Positions 54,225 to 57,063 of a stretch of 57,063 nt of DNA are shown in pieces. Under the pieces are notes generated by a model that saw nothing but the letters and a program-made list of their open reading frames with translations, was not told the origin of the DNA and did not search any database. The stretch is from an uncultured virus (IMG/VR IMGVR_UViG_2061766007_002098) (lineage: Duplodnaviria; Heunggongvirae; Uroviricota; Caudoviricetes), in IMG/VR virus record IMGVR_UViG_2061766007_002098; one strand, 5' to 3'. Position 1 is the stretch's first letter, and every line of letters starts with the position of its first letter. Made by a program: the position numbers and the translations under genes.

Positions 54225-54426
54225 TCCTCCAGCTTGTAGACCACAGTCCCGTCTTTTTCAAACACAAAATCAATAGCAGAAAGTTTCATCTCACGATGAA
54301 AAGGTGTAGAACCCAGCGTGAACACGTCGCCCTTGCGCGGCTTCGAATCCGGAAGGTCCGAAGAGCGCACGAACAGGCGCGGCTCGTGGGCAATCACCGA
54401 AACTTCACCAACGCTTTCTTCGGACA
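54215..54426 (-). CDS. head-tail joining protein, C-terminal fragment
   Basis: Overlaps in sequence with 56015-56197; PRKGDVFTLG. Confidence 0.65.
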
Positions 54427-54436
54427 NNNNNNNNNN

Positions 54437-54791
54437 GGGCACTCTCACGCTCGAATGGAAGACTGCTGGCCGCGACGGTAACGGCAAGATTGAAGTCGGT
54501 GACTTTACTGCCGGTGACTCTGGTCTCACGATGGGCGAACCGTCCGTCGACACCTACGGCGAAGACGTTGGTGACGAACGCGTTGCCATTGTCGATTCTG
54601 ACAGCGGCACCTCCGCTCTCCAGGAACCCGTCGGCGTCGCTCTCGAAGACATCGAGGCTGGCAAGTTTGGCACCATCGCCTTCTGTGGCGAATTCGACCA
54701 GGCTGCGCTCAATTTCTCCAGCGGTGACACGCTCAACACTTTCAAGGTCAAACTCCGTAAGATTGGCATCTTCGCCAAGGCTTGCGTTTAA
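54437..54791 (+). CDS. head decoration protein, C-terminal fragment
   Basis: PVGVALED...GEFDQAAL...LRKIGIF; lies upstream of the capsid gene. Confidence 0.7.
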
Positions 54792-54803
54792 GGAGGTCTA
54801 ACA

Positions 54804-56005
54804 ATGGCAACTATCGATATTACCGATGCCAAGGAACTCACCCTCGCGGTGAACAACAACCTGGAACCCAGCCGTTTCCTTGCCTCCTTCTTCAAGACGC
54901 TCACTCACAACACCAAGGATGTGATGATCGACTTCGTGGAAGGCTCCCAGAAACTTGCTCCGTATATCCGCGACGGCCAGGAATCCACCATCACGAACCG
55001 TGACGGCTACGCCACCCGCAGCGTGCACTGCTACGACATCTCGCTCAAGCGTCGCACCACCGCGTTCGACTGCCTGAAGCGCCTCCCTGGCGAGGCTCCG
55101 GTCGTGGCTTCCGCGAAGTCTCCGGAAGAACGCGCTGCCGAACTCGCTGGCCGTGACATGGCTGAACTCCAGGGCCGCATCCGCCGCTCCGAAGAAAAGC
55201 TCATTTCCGACGCTATGTTTACCGGCAAGGTTTCCATCAAGGATGCTGCTGGCAAGGAAATTGACTCTGTCGACCTTGGCCTTGCTGCCTCCCACAAGTT
55301 GTCGAAGGCCTGGACTACCGCGAACTACAAGGGCATTACCTCTGATATCGAAGAGGCCGCCACGAAGGTCGCCGAAGATTCCGGCCTCACTGCAACCGAC
55401 GTGATTCTCGGTTCCACCGCTGCCGACACTGCTTTCAAGAACGACTTCTTCATGAAGCAGCTCGACACCAAGAACCTCGCTGGCATTGCTGCCACCGTGA
55501 ACCTCCGTGTGAATCGTGGTGCCCGCCTTGTCGGTGTGGTCGGTGGTCTGCGCATCTGGCGCTACGACGAAATCTACAAGGATGCCTCNNNNNNNNNNGC
55601 GCTGCCGACACTGCTTTCAAGAACGATTTCTTCATGAAGCAGCTCGACACCAAGAACCTCGCTGGCATTGCCGCCACCGTGAACCTCCGTGTGAATCGTG
55701 GTGCCCGCCTTGTCGGTGTTGTCGGTGGTCTGCGCATCTGGCGCTACGACGAAATCTACAAGGATGCCTCCAACACCACGCAGAAGATTATCCCGGCTTC
55801 CGGCGTTGTCGTGCTTGCCGACCAGTTGCAGGCTACCCTGCACTACGGCGTTGCTGGCGACATCAAGAACGGCTTCTTTGAAGGTCAGTTCGCTGCCGAT
55901 ACCTGGTACGAGGATGATCCTCCTGTTCAGTGGCTGCGCGTGCGTTCCGCACCGCTCCCGATTATCGAACAGATTGCTGGCGTCGCCACCATCACCGTGT
56001 CGTAA
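54804..56005 (+). CDS. lambda gpE-family major capsid protein
   Basis: KLAPYI, RLPGE, IRRSEE, EDDPPVQWLRVRSAPLP. Confidence 0.9.
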
Positions 56006-56014
56006 GGAATTCCG

Positions 56015-56197
56015 ATGTCTTTCAAGGACGACCTGATGAACGACCTCGACGAAACGTTCTTCAATCCGGACGATTTCGGCGAGGAAGTAACCCTGACTCG
56101 CGGGCGCGATAGCGTCGTGATGAGGGGTCTGTTCGATACACCGGGTCTGTCCGAAGAAAGCGTTGGTGAAGTTTCGGTGATTGCCCACGAGCCGCGC
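56015..56197 (+). CDS. head-tail joining protein, N-terminal fragment
   Basis: MSFKDDLMNDLDETFFNPDDFGE. Confidence 0.75.
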
Positions 56198-56207
56198 NNN
56201 NNNNNNN

Positions 56208-56784
56208 TGCTGCCTTGATGCCAGCAACTTCGGTTGCGAGAGTCGTGCTGCCCGTGGTGTAGTCCACTTCGTAACCGTTAATCACGATCTTGCAAGCCTC
56301 GCTTGCGACCGGAGTTCCGGTAAACACGATGGCGAGTTTTGCCTTCGTGGCACTGGTGCAAACGCCGTGGCTTGCAACGACATCACCCTTCTTGATATCG
56401 GAAGCGGCCATCAGGTTTTCGGTTTCGACCTTCCCGCCAACGACGAGAGCGTCAAATTTGGTTTCCTGTTTATCGTACATTGTGTACCCCTTAGTTTATG
56501 TTCAATTCTTCTTGAAGCCCTTGGAGAAGGCTTCGCTCAAGCGCTTGCGTTCGGCATCGGCNNNNNNNNNNCTCGTAACCGTTAATCACGATCTTGCAAG
56601 CCTTGCTTGCGACCGGAGTCCCGGTAAACACGACGGCAAGTTTCGCCTTCGTGGCACTGGTGCAAACGCCGTAGCTTGCAACGACATCACCCTTCTTGAT
56701 ATCGGCGGCGGCAAGCAGGTTTTCGGTTTCGACCTTCCCGCCAACGACGAGATGGTCAAATGTGGTTTCCTGTTTTTCGTACAT
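56208..56784 (-). CDS. head decoration protein N-terminus (two variant copies)
   Basis: MYDKQETKFDALV / MYEKQETTFDHLV...IKKGDVV, each following the scaffold stop. Confidence 0.6.
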
Positions 56785-57063
56785 TTTGTACCCCTTAGTT
56801 CATGTTAATTTCTGTTGAAGCCCTTGGAGAAGGCTTCGCTCAAGCGCTTGCGTTCGGCATCGGCNNNNNNNNNNNNNNNNNNNNNNNNNNNNNNNNNNNN
56901 NNNNNNNNNNNNNNNNNNNNNNNNNGCTCAAGCCACTTTCGCTCTTCGCCTGGGCAATTTCCGCATCCTTGGCGGCGATGGCAGCCTTGTGCGTTTCCTG
57001 CATGGCTCCGATCTGCTTCTTCGCCATTGCAAGCGCTTCGTGCTCGGCATCGGCGACAGTCTT

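Noticed and set aside
6590..57063. Many 100-250 nt near-identical direct repeats (e.g. 11874-12400, 18800-19230, 25600-25990, 27220-27750, 50290-51200, 51660-52220, 55420-55770)
   Set aside because: They flank ~10-N gaps and differ mostly at synonymous sites, so they are strain-variant contig overlaps, not biological repeats
53234..57063. Apparent inversions in phage C head/tail genes (invertible segment)
   Set aside because: Orientation flips coincide with N gaps and overlapping contig ends; no invertase is seen

Overview
Gappy, strain-heterogeneous metagenomic scaffold: many ~10-N gaps are flanked by near-duplicate variant copies. It holds pieces of three tailed phages. (A) 1-3596: packaging start of a P22-like podovirus (TerS?, TerL, portal). 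(B) ~3607-45661: most of a second P22-like podovirus. Its early region has an XRE repressor with paired operators, a hairpin-rich non-coding block, a glycosyltransferase, DUF3310, ParB and a sigma-like gene. An orphan TnpB follows, then a late region with TerS/TerL, scaffold, capsid, portal, gp4/gp10-like, ejection proteins, tailspike/fibres and a gp55-like sigma. (C) 45673-57063: a phage with a lambda-like head (Nu1/gpA, portal, S49 protease-scaffold, decoration, gpE capsid) and a Mu-like sheath. The most striking signal is in phage B. A 9-mer TTTATTCAT(AG) occurs 15 times upstream of late genes, a probable single-element late promoter. Interleaved with the structural genes are variable genes, several with AT-rich cores, including ADP-ribosyltransferase-like and HExxH metallopeptidase proteins. 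Many share a short terminal peptide [NT]-[FL]-L-D-R and some share a basic C-terminal motif. This suggests a tag-directed virion cargo/effector loading system (inference). All calls come from reading motifs by eye; no database searches were run.
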